64,000 nucleotides of DNA from contig CAWEWF010000005.1 in assembly GCA_963812605.1 (NCBI GenBank), forward strand, positions 373,245-437,244, given 5' to 3'. A program made the translations under genes and the position numbers. The notes under the pieces are model-generated. The model saw only the letters and a list, made by a program, of their open reading frames with translations, made no database searches and was not told the DNA's origin. This DNA is from an uncultured Verrucomicrobiae bacterium. Its GTDB lineage: Bacteria; Verrucomicrobiota; Verrucomicrobiia; Palsa-1439. Below, in pieces: positions 10,210 through 19,511 of the stretch. Numbering within the stretch: the stretch's first letter is position 1; every line of letters starts with the position of its first letter.

Positions 10210-10710
10210 GACGGACTGCGCCTCGACAGAGCGAGGCGGCTACATCGAATCCCCGCCGCGTGGGGGCACGCGGCCTACAACACGGACCGACGGCAGACGA
10301 AGACGGGCCTGCGCTTCACAGAAGCGCAGCTACAAAGAGCAGGCGGGATCGGTTATCGTTTTACGATAAATTTGCTGGACTTGGGGTGGTGGGAGACGTA
10401 TAGTCTTTGCGGTTCTTTGAAAAGCTGAAGGAGGGTAGAATTCAGGATCCAGAAGGGAGCTTGGATCCGAGGGGTGCAGAGCCTTCCGCCTTCGCGAGGC
10501 TGCTTCGGCGGACGAGCTTGTCGAAAACAGGGACTCTAAAAGCATGTGTTTCTGCGAAACGAACCGGATTGGATTCGGTAGATTTTATGGTGCATCCGTC
10601 GTAACCAGAACAGGTTATGGCTTTGAGAGATGAAATTTGATCCGGTTCGTTTGGGGAAACAGAACCCATTTGAGGCCACAAGCGAGTGGAGTTGGGAACG
10701 GATTAACGCT
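10210..10710 (+). repeat. Copy A of ~500-bp dispersed non-coding element (candidate ncRNA unit)
   Basis: Aligns by eye over its length to the reverse complement of 24605-25115; promoter 10376-10404; boxA-like 10409-10422; stem 10557-10569/10640-10652. Confidence 0.8.
10353..10404 (+). promoter_or_regulatory. Palindromic operator plus sigma70 promoter of element copy A
   Basis: TTATCGT-TTT-ACGATAA (10353-10369); TGGACT-N17-TATAGT (10376-10404). Confidence 0.6.
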
Positions 10711-10912
10711 CGACCCCGAAAAGGATTCGGGGCAGGCAATGCAACGCTGAACTGGAAGTAGCGACTGGCGGGCTGTTCAACAATGTGGTTCGCCGGGAGG
10801 CTCGCCCTCCAAGGGAGTATTTAAGACAAGGGTTGCGACGCTGAGGGCCCCGACGTTTCAGGCGATTACGGGCTGGCTGTTTTGCTTGGGGCAAAGTCCT
10901 GAACGAACTCCA

Positions 10913-11623
10913 TCAGCTCTTTTTAGTTAAATCCGAAACAGCCCAAAAAGCCATTCCGCCTCCGACCAATGGATCAGATTGTAGCCTGGTTGGGCGTGAA
11001 CGAGGTGGGTTTCGAGTCTTTCCTTTGTGGGCCAAATGAAAAGATTGATGAAATGTTTGTGACGTTGAAAGACGAGCGCGGCACGCTGCGTCCGCAGATA
11101 ATCGAGCTGCGCGATGAGCGGGAACTCTTGTGCGAAATTTGAGGGGGAGAAGCGAGTTTGCCGTTGAACCACGGTTTGACGGTATGCTGGTCGTCAATGC
11201 CCCATCGGTCAGATGATTTACCATTAGCGAGCGCACGTGGCTGGAGATGAGTTCCTGGGTCAGGAGCGCTTCTGAAGCAGGGCGCGAGAACCGCGGCGCC
11301 AGACTGACGATCAGGACAACGACGGCGGCGGCCGCGAGAAGTGGAGCGCCAATGGACAGCCAGCGCCAGGAGAACACGGGCACTTTCGCTTCTGCACCAC
11401 ATTCCCGTCGCACCGCCGCGCGAAGGCGTTTGCGCAGGCTGGCTGGAGCCTCAGCGTAAAGCGAGGCGTTTGAGATAGCAGACCGCAAGGCGAGTTGATT
11501 CTCGAAGGCCTTCGCGCAGGCCGGGCAATCTTTCATGTGTCGCTCGACCTCGGTGCTTCCGAGCGGGTCCAGTTCAGCGTCGAGGTAGCCGTGCAACCGA
11601 AGTTGGAAATCTTCGCAAGGCAT
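10913..11623 (-). pseudogene. Zinc-finger (zf-HC2) transmembrane anti-sigma factor, multiply frameshifted
   Basis: LHGYLDAEL..HMKDCPAC; TM helix; SSHVRSL; DQHTVKPWFNGKL; HFINLFIWP; WAVSDL in different frames. Confidence 0.8.
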
Positions 11624-11624
11624 T

Positions 11625-12150
11625 TTACGTTTCCTTCTCCATCATTTCCATCAGCCGTTTCTGAAGCTCTTTACGTACCTGGGTGAGCCGCGACATGACG
11701 GTGCCCAACGGGATGTCGGCGATGTCGGCGATTTCCTTATAGGACATCTCCAGTTCGCGCATGACGAGGCGTTTCACGAAACTCGATGAGGCAATTCTTT
11801 CATATGGGCTCTCCGCACCAACTGGCTGTCCGCCTTCTGACGAGGACTGTTTACGGGCTGACGTCTCGCTCTCCACCGATGAAGCTGTTCGTCAAATGGC
11901 TGGGAGATTTGCTGCATTCGATTCTGTTGCGCCTAGGTGTAAAACGTGTTGCGCACGATCTTCAACAACCAGGTTGGCTGTTGCCGCCGCGATATCCGCC
12001 GAAGAATTTGAAGGCCCGCAAGTAGGCGTCTTGGACGACGTCTTGGGCGTCCTGCTCGTTGCGGGCCAGCCAGCGCGCCAAATTATAGGCAGCATCCATA
12101 TGTGGCAGGATGGCTTGTTCGAAATGTGAGAGCTTTTCGTGTTCTTCCAA
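11625..12150 (-). pseudogene. ECF RNA polymerase sigma factor, multiply frameshifted
   Basis: LPHMDAAYNLARWLARNEQDAQDVVQDAYLRA (region 2); MSYKEIADIADIPLGTVMSRL (region 4). Confidence 0.85.
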
Positions 12151-12188
12151 CCGCGTGTCTCTCCATCGCTGTCATCCCATTCATTATC

Positions 12189-12268
12189 CAGACTGACTGC
12201 GCAGCGATTTTATTCCCGGGAAAAGATTAGCACAGGGGCTGGGAATAAACAGGGAAGAAATGGGTCTG
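12189..12268. promoter_or_regulatory. Divergent pair of candidate ECF promoters
   Basis: GGGAATAAA-N15-GTCTG on minus (12217-12189) and GGGAATAAA-N14-GTCTG on plus (12241-12268). Confidence 0.6.
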
Positions 12269-12322
12269 ATTGATTGAAGATGAGCGTACCAGACAGCAGA
12301 CGAACATATAAGGAGATACAAC

Positions 12323-13299
12323 ATGTCAGACTATATCAATCACGATCACAATCATGACGGCATCGACCGTCGTGGATTCCTCAAATGCATGGCGTGGGTT
12401 GGCACGGGAGTGCTTTTTACCATGACGGGAGGAATTCTGCGGTCAGAGACCATCACCCAGATCACCGCGGGAGCGGGCGCGCTCAAGGGGGCGCTGGCGC
12501 AGCCCAAAGGGGCCTTGAGCTTTGTCCAGATCAGCGACAGCCACATTGGCTTCAGCAAAGAGGCGAATAAAGACGTGGTCGGCACGCTGCAAGCGGCCAT
12601 CGAACGGATCAACGCGCTGCCGACGCCGCCGGCGTTTATCCTGCACACGGGCGATCTCAGCCATCTGTCGAAGGCGGCTGAATTTGATGCCGTGGACCAG
12701 ATTTTGAAGAGTGCCAAAACGGGGCAGGTGTTTTACGTGCCGGGCGAGCACGATGTTCTCAACGATAACGGCAAGCAGTATCTCGGACGCTACGGCAAGA
12801 ACACCAGGGGGACGGTTGGTACAGTTTCGATCACAGCGGCGTGCACTTCATCGGCCTGGTCAATGTGCTCAACCTCAAGGCGGGCGGCCTGGGGGCGCTT
12901 GGAACCGAGCAACTGGAATGGCTTGAGGATAACGTGAAGGGCCTCTCCAGTGATACCCCGATCGTCGTCTTTGCGCACATCCCGTTGTGGACCATTTACC
13001 CCGAGTGGGGTTGGGGGACGGACGACGGCGCGCAAGCGTTGTCGTATTTGAAACGGTTCGGCTCAGTGACCGTGCTCAACGGTCACATCCACCAAACGAT
13101 GCAGAAGGTCGAGGGCAACATCACATTCCACACCGCGATGTCTACGGCCTTTCCGCAGCCCGCACCGGGCACGGCTCCATCACCGGGTCCCCTGAAGGTG
13201 CCAGCGGAGAAACTGCGCAGCGTGTTGGGAATCACCGATGTGAATTACATCGAAGGCAAAAGTTCGCTGGCGATTATCGATTCGCCCCTGGCGAGCTAG
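12323..13299 (+). CDS. Tat-exported metallophosphoesterase, frameshifted near 12810
   Basis: DRRGFL Tat motif; SDSHIG, HTGDLSH, PGEHD, FAHIP, NGHIHQ. Confidence 0.85.
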
Positions 13300-13333
13300 A
13301 AACAGCAACCGTCACCTGGAAAGGAAGAACACA

Positions 13334-13685
13334 GTGAAGAAAACACTACTCGGTTACGTCGGGGCCATCGCGCTGATGGTGTTGGCCATCCACACATCCA
13401 CCGCCGGCGAGAAGCGGCGTCTAATGTAGTCACCATCGACAACTTCAGTTTCCTGCCGCAGACGCTGATCGTGCACGCCGGCACGACGGTCACGTGGATC
13501 AATCGCGACGACATCCCGCACACGGTGCTCAGCGTCGACAAGACGACCATCGTTTCACCGGCATTGGATACGGATGAGAAGTTTTCCTACACGTTCACCA
13601 CGGCGGGGACGAATGACTATTACTGCTCCGTGCATCCGCACATGAAGGGAAAAGTCATCGTGCTACGGCGGAAACAACCAAATGA
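13334..13685 (+). CDS. Cupredoxin (amicyanin/plastocyanin-like), frameshifted
   Basis: IDNFSF.P..GTTVTWINRDDIPHTV..YYCSVHPHMKG copper ligands; ends approximate. Confidence 0.8.
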
Positions 13686-14134
13686 ACGTCTTCGATCCCA
13701 AAAGCGCGCTGCTGGCCAAACACGCGCAGCATGTCGTGCTGGTCCACTTCCCGATCGCGCTGACCGTCATGAGCTTCGTGTTCGATGTTCTGGCGGTCTG
13801 GAGGCGGAAGGCGGCGCTGGCGACGGCGGCCTTTTATAATCTCGCAGGGGCGGCCATCACATCGGTGCCCACCGTCGCCACGGGCCTGTTGGCGTGGCAG
13901 TGGCAGCTCGCCGGGGCGCGATTGAAAGGGGTCCTGCGGCTGCATCTGATTTTTGCCGCGACCGGCACGGCGCTGATTTGGGTTCTTTGGGGGATGCGGT
14001 GGCGGAACCGTAAACGGTCGACACCATCGCCGGGACCGCTGTGCTTCGCTCTGGGCGCGATTACTCTGGTGATGATCGCGCTGACGGGGCACCTCGGCGG
14101 ATTCTTAAGCGGGGTCAATGTGGTGGGTGACTAA
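13682..14134 (+). CDS. DUF2231-like membrane protein
   Basis: HVVLVHFPIAL..ATGLLAW..TGHLGG pattern; four TM helices. Confidence 0.75.
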   Translation: MNVFDPKSALLAKHAQHVVLVHFPIALTVMSFVFDVLAVWRRKAALATAAFYNLAGAAITSVPTVATGLLAWQWQLAGARLKGVLRLHLIFAATGTALIWVLWGMRWRNRKRSTPSPGPLCFALGAITLVMIALTGHLGGFLSGVNVVGD

Positions 14135-14149
14135 CACGTGAGCAACACC

Positions 14150-14521
14150 ATGAATTGAAAAGAAATCGAAGTGCGGATCGAAGAGATCGGCGAAGAGAAC
14201 TTCAATTGGGAAGTGGTCCAGTCGAAGGTGCCCGTCCTGGTGGGGTTCCTGGCTCCCTGGAGTCAGCCTTGCCAAATTCTCAGGCCGGTTCTTGACGAAG
14301 TTGTGACCAGGGCGCCGGAAGCGATGTAAAGTCGCCTGGGTAAACGCCGACGACAATCCGAATTCAGCAGGTGGTATCGGATCAAATCCACTCCAACTTT
14401 CTCTATTTCGTTGACGGACGTCCCCGCGCCCGAGTGGTCGGGACAGCAGCAAGGAAGGCGATTCTTTCGCAGATTGAAACCCTTTACGGAAACAGCATGG
14501 AGGCAAGAAGACAACCTATGA
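14150..14521 (+). pseudogene. Thioredoxin-like protein (WSQPC), frameshifted
   Basis: EENFNWEVVQSKVPVLVGFLAPWSQPCQILRPVLDE..VNADDNP..YRIKSTPTFLYF. Confidence 0.65.
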
Positions 14522-15026
14522 AAAATTCACATCTGGTCATGCACACAAGACCTGAAGATCCGGAAAAGCGACAGTACGAGCCACCGAACGTCCGTTAAAA
14601 ATCCGCGTCGTCTTTGATGATGATGTCAGTGCCCGCGGCGCCGAAGTCCTGATCAAGCACGTGACCGCAGATCTCGAATGTGACACGCGATCGTTCGACT
14701 TCGATGACCTGGATTCGCCAGGGCCTGGCATAGAGGCAGCCCGGAGTGCCTCCGATACCGATATCCTGGTAGTATCAGTAAGTGACGATGGAATTTACCG
14801 CGTCATGTGAAGGCGTGGCTTGACCTGTATCTCGGCTTGGCGACCGAGACCGGAAGAACTGCAGGTAGCGTTGATCGGGCAGCCCGCGGAAACAGCCCAT
14901 CCGGAACCGTCGCTGGAGGAGTACATAGAGACCGTGGCGGCCATCGGGGGTCTGACATTTATCTAGAGAGGACGACGTATCGCCTCCGTGCATCCGCATA
15001 TGGAGCGCGGAATCATTGTGCAATAA
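14518..15026 (+). pseudogene. Frameshifted hypothetical protein
   Basis: Coding-like fragments in several frames filling the operon gap. Confidence 0.3.
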
Positions 15027-15038
15027 GGAGACATTCGC

Positions 15039-15536
15039 GTGAGCAAAGGCTTTCTGGGAACCGCGGCCTCACTGGCGGCTGATCGCACACTGGTGATCGA
15101 GACGGCGATGGGTGTCGCGCTACTCATTGGAACGGTCTTGGCCCGACGCCGGCATTATCGCGCACACGGTTGGTGCCAGTCTGCTGTTGTGGTACTGAAC
15201 TTGTGGGTGATCGCGCAGTTCATGGTGCCGTCATTTCGCCGCCAGATCGCCCCGGAAATCCCTGCAAGTCTTAATGAGGTACACTACGCCATTGCCGCAA
15301 TCCATGGCCTGTTGGGGACAGTTGCCGAGTTGCTCGCGCTTTACGTCGTCCTGGTTGCGGGGACCAACATCCTCCCGAAACGGCTTCGTTTCTTGCGATA
15401 CAAGCGGTGGATGCGCCTGGCGCTTGCCTTCTGGTGGATTGAGTTAATTCTGGGACTGGCGATGTACATCCAGTGGTATGGGTTGCCGCGTCACGTCAGC
15501 ACGAGCCGCTCGTTAACCATATCGGTGCGGCCGTGA
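15039..15536 (+). CDS. DUF420-like membrane protein
   Basis: RBS AAGGAG; four TM helices with conserved His (HYRAHGWCQ, IHGLLG). Confidence 0.65.
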   Translation: MSKGFLGTAASLAADRTLVIETAMGVALLIGTVLARRRHYRAHGWCQSAVVVLNLWVIAQFMVPSFRRQIAPEIPASLNEVHYAIAAIHGLLGTVAELLALYVVLVAGTNILPKRLRFLRYKRWMRLALAFWWIELILGLAMYIQWYGLPRHVSTSRSLTISVRP

Positions 15537-15935
15537 GAATCAAATGCAGCTTCTCGACCGTCACGTACGGCGTCAAGGTGCGGATACTTACGGAGCGCCT
15601 CGTCGGAAGCCGCCGCGCAGCAGAAGACCAGACGCTTATGACCAACGCGTTCGATCAGAGGAGCAAATGCCAGAGATGCCCACGCTACGACGGGCGAGTT
15701 TATGAGAATCAAGATCAGGTTCACGATGACAACGCGGTCACGGTGGGCTTTGGCCCGATCGGCTGCCGTGTTTCCCAGCCGTCCGTTTGGGGCAGGCACG
15801 CTACCCGATGCTTCACGATTCATTTTGTTCCACCGGGGTATAAAGTTCCGTGTGATTGGTCATATGATACAGAGAGTGTTGAAAGGAAACACTAACGAGC
15901 CAACAACAAACATGCGAGAAGAAAAGGAGAGAACA

Positions 15936-17054
15936 ATGAAGGAATACGGAGGTTTATTTGGAATCGTTCGAATCGGCGCGCGTTTCTAAAGAACGGAATC
16001 GTGGTGGCAGGCGCAGCGACAGTCGGCGCTGGGCTGGTTGGAAACGACGCTCTCCGCTTTCGGTCGGGGAGAAAGACGCGATCTTACGCGGGGAGACGTG
16101 GCCATTCTCAAGCTCCTGGCTGCAGCCGAGCTGATCGAGGCCGATCTGTGGCAGCAATATAATGAACTCGGAGGAATCAATGCGCCAACGTACAGGCTAT
16201 ACGGCTGCCCTCCTAATTCTGGATGGCGATCAACTCCAGTATATCTCCGATAATACCGATGATGAGATGAGCCACGCGGCCTTCCTGAACGCCTATCTGA
16301 AATCCAAGGGCCAAGAGCAAGTCGATCTCAGTCATTTCGCCAAACTACAACCCAGCCAAGTATCGACCGTGCCCCAAACCGGACGGCTGACAAACCTAAT
16401 GCAGCTCACAGTGGATACCAGTTGGTGGACGCGGTACCGCAGCACGACCAACCCGGATTTCGGTGCCATCTTCGCGGAGGCGGTTCCGAGCCTGAATTCC
16501 GGGCAGCATACGGCCATCCCCAGAAACAACGGCGAATTGGGCGACCCGAATAACCCCAGCGACCACGTCAAAGCGATCGCGTTCACGGCAGGATTTCACT
16601 TCGCTTTCATCGAGCAGGGCGGGACGAGCCTCTACGCCACACTGGCTCAAAAGGTAACCAGTCCGGAAGTTTTACGAATCCTCCTTGGTATTGGCGGATC
16701 GGAGATTATGCACTTCCAGACATGGCAGGACAAGGCCGGCAACGCGACTCCATTGACTGACTTTGACTCCGGTGAACAATTCGTCAGTGACGTTTCACGG
16801 ACCTCGCCACTGGCCAGCCGGAGACGATGCAGGCTAACCTCATCATGCCGGAGCTGTGCGAGTTTATCAGCCCGCAACTCCCCTCCCTGCGCCATCATTC
16901 GCCCGACCGGCACGGGACAGTTGGACGCGGTGGGCGCCATCAACAGCTTCATCACCGACGGCCTTTTCGTCGGTCAGCCGAAAGCCTTTACAGACATGCT
17001 CCTCGCCATGGCGGCGGAGAGCCGATGAGGCCAGGCGTGACATGTAAGAAATAG
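15936..17054 (+). pseudogene. Ferritin-like domain protein (probably Tat-exported), multiply frameshifted
   Basis: AAELIEADLWQQYNELGG, DNTDDEMSHAAFLN, FIEQGGTSLY, GSEIMHFQTW. Confidence 0.75.
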
Positions 17055-17094
17055 CGCGAACCGGAGCGAATGTCCGGCTCGTCAGGAGAAACCT

Positions 17095-17307
17095 ATGGCA
17101 CCTGTATTAGCTATTATAAGTGAGTGGCACATCTTCCTTGTGCTGATGTCGTTTTCCTGCTGTTTGGAGGCAGGAAAATGCCGAAGTTGGCCCGTGGTGA
17201 TCGGCGAGGCCATGAGGGAGTTCAAAAAAGCCTCTCGCGATGTTCACGATGATTCACCACGAACAGCTTCTCCTCCTGCGCCAATTGAGCCGAAAAGAAG
17301 CCCATAA
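17095..17307 (+). pseudogene. tatA: TatA/E family subunit, internally frameshifted
   Basis: LLFGGRKMPKLARG in one frame, GEAMREFKKAS in another; RBS AGGAG. Confidence 0.6.
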
Positions 17308-17339
17308 CCGACTTAAGATTGTCTCTTGTCATGAGGCAA

Positions 17340-17600
17340 GCATGCCAGTTCGATTACGGAACATGTGACGTTTCGACTCAACGCCCCCCGGGCGCAGGAG
17401 GTGCAGGTGATCGTCTGTTTAGTCAAAGACGATGCAAAACCAGTAATTGGTGCCCTGCGTAAGGGCCTTGATGGCAGTCTGGAGTCTGCGAATGGAACGG
17501 GCACGCGGGCGATACGTCTATCGTTTTCTCGTGGACGGCAGTCCCACGCTGGATCCCTCTGCGCGCTACAATGTGACGGATGATCAAGGCGGCAGGTGGA
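17340..17600 (+). pseudogene. Fragment resembling a CBM48-type esterase N-terminus
   Basis: VTFRLNAPRAQEVQV motif only; no intact continuation. Confidence 0.3.
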
Positions 17601-17654
17601 ATATGCGCGAAATGGGGTATTGAATTCCTTATTGGGACGCTGCCTACGAAGCTG

Positions 17655-17900
17655 TTGCTGTTCGGGAAAAGTTCTGATATGATTGTCGGGGCGGTTCTTT
17701 GAAAAGCGTGCTCGCGAGGGCGCAATACCCCTCACCTTTAATCCTCTCCCCCAAGGGGAGAGGAGGGGGTGCGAAACATGGTTTCTGCGAAACGAACCCC
17801 CCAGTTAACCAGCGATTTTCCAAGGACTTAGAGAGACGGGGGGTAGAAGAATGAGGGCGAAATTGGGTCGATTGAGGCAGTTGGCAAGGGCATGAGGCGA
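17655..17900 (+). repeat. Copy C (degenerate) of the dispersed non-coding element
   Basis: TTGCTG-N17-TATGAT (17655-17683); GCGGTTCTTTGAAA (17691-17704); AAACATGGTTTCTGCGAAACGAACC (17774-17798). Confidence 0.7.
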
Positions 17901-17963
17901 AGAGACGACGGCAAGTGGGGCGTTTGCCCTACAATTCCGGAGAGAGGGGAACCGCGCTTAGCA

Positions 17964-19433
17964 CAGCCTGTCGGACTTAAGTTGAACGCGGGAAGCAATC
18001 GGAGTTCTAAAGGGACATGAGCGCTCGCTTCGTCAATATTGACCGTTGTACCCCCATGCTGTTGCCACCGGATCTGCGCGAGTGGATTGCCGATGATGAC
18101 CTTGCCCACTTCGTGTTGGAAGCCGTCGAGAGCAGCGATCTGGGCTTGGCCGCCGTCAACGCCCGCGGCACGGGCAGCGAACAGTATCCGCCCTCGATGA
18201 TGCTGGCGGTGCTGTTGTACTGTTATGCTAGCGGCCTGTTCAGCTCGCGGCGCATCGAGCAGGCGACGTATCGGCATCTGTCCGTGCGCTATCTCAGCGG
18301 CAATACCCATCCCGACCACGACACCATCGCCAAGTTTCGTCGAGAGAACACGCCGCTGATCGAATCGGTGTTCGTCCAGGTGTTGGAACTGGCGCGCGAG
18401 TTGGGGCTGTTGCGGTTGGGCGTTGTGAGCCTGGACGGAACCAAGCTGCGCGCCAGCGCCAGCAAACGGGCCACGCGCACCGAGGCGGAAGTGCAACAGG
18501 AACTGGCCGCGCTGCGCCAGCAAGTTGATCAACTGCTGGATCGAGCCGAGCAGGCCGATGCGACCGAGGGCGACGACGGCACGCGCTTGCCCCCCGCCTT
18601 GGCTTGCCGTCGGAGCCGTCGGGCGCAACTGGAGGCCGCGCGCCAACGACTGGCCGAGCGTACCCGCCAACGAGCTGCGCAGCGTCAAGCCGAACAAGAC
18701 TACCCGCCCGACCAACCCGGTCGTCCGCCTCGTCGGTTGCCCGCCGAGCCACGACCGACGGATCGTGTCAACACCACCGACCCCGACAGTGGGCTGATGC
18801 CCACGGCCCGCGAAGGATTCATCCAGGGCTACAACGCGCAATTGGCCGTGAGCACCGACGGCGGCTTGATTGTGGCCGCCCGTGTCACCGATGAACCCGG
18901 TGACCGACGCCAACTGGCGCCCACCGTGGCGGCGATTGCGCCCTCGCTCGGCTGCCCCTTCGCCGTGCTGGCTGACACCGGCTTCGACAACCAACGGCAG
19001 ATCGCCCAGGTCGAGCGCCAGGGACGCACGGTGGTGTACTGTTCTCCCCAGTCCGCTCCATCACAACCACCGAGCGGCTGGCAACCGCGCGGCCATCAAC
19101 GGCGCACCGCCCAAGCGCGAGCGCGGATGCGGGCCCGCTTGGAGAGCGCCACGGGTCGCGCGTTATATCGGCTGCGCGCCATCACCGTCGAACCGGTTAT
19201 TGGGATTCTCAAAAGCGTGCTGGGCTTTCGACAGTTTCACTTGCGGGGACTGCGCAAGGTACAAACCGAGTGGCAACTCTTGGCGTTGGCCTTCAATTGT
19301 CGGAGACTGGCCAAGCAGAGTCGCGGCAATTGAGAGGGTTACGCCTCAACCTTCGCACCAACAGGAATCCTTGGCAACCGAACCCGCCCATGCCACCTTC
19401 CATCGTATGATCTACAATAAGTCCGACAGGCTG
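17964..19433 (+). mobile_element. IS1182-family insertion sequence, 1470 bp
   Basis: 16-bp perfect TIRs CAGCCTGTCGGACTTA / TAAGTCCGACAGGCTG; 5-bp TSD TAGCA at 17959-17963 and 19434-19438. Confidence 0.93.
18017..19333 (+). CDS. IS1182-family DDE transposase
   Basis: LLPPDLREW, YPPSMML, SSRRIE, PDHDTIAKFR, LDGTKL, GYNAQ, ADTGF, VEPVIG. Confidence 0.93.
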   Translation: MSARFVNIDRCTPMLLPPDLREWIADDDLAHFVLEAVESSDLGLAAVNARGTGSEQYPPSMMLAVLLYCYASGLFSSRRIEQATYRHLSVRYLSGNTHPDHDTIAKFRRENTPLIESVFVQVLELARELGLLRLGVVSLDGTKLRASASKRATRTEAEVQQELAALRQQVDQLLDRAEQADATEGDDGTRLPPALACRRSRRAQLEAARQRLAERTRQRAAQRQAEQDYPPDQPGRPPRRLPAEPRPTDRVNTTDPDSGLMPTAREGFIQGYNAQLAVSTDGGLIVAARVTDEPGDRRQLAPTVAAIAPSLGCPFAVLADTGFDNQRQIAQVERQGRTVVYCSPQSAPSQPPSGWQPRGHQRRTAQARARMRARLESATGRALYRLRAITVEPVIGILKSVLGFRQFHLRGLRKVQTEWQLLALAFNCRRLAKQSRGN

Positions 19434-19511
19434 TAGCAAGCGGGGCCACAGTTCGGCGGGCTTACAACGGCGGCCTATCATGTTTTTAGAAATTCTGGTA
19501 TGATTGCGGGT

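Noticed and set aside
10409-10422. rRNA operon leader implied by the boxA-like motif
   Set aside because: No rRNA or tRNA sequence follows any of the three copies
10544-10633. Small ORF from the conserved CATG in the repeated element
   Set aside because: Reading frame and peptide differ among copies A, B and C
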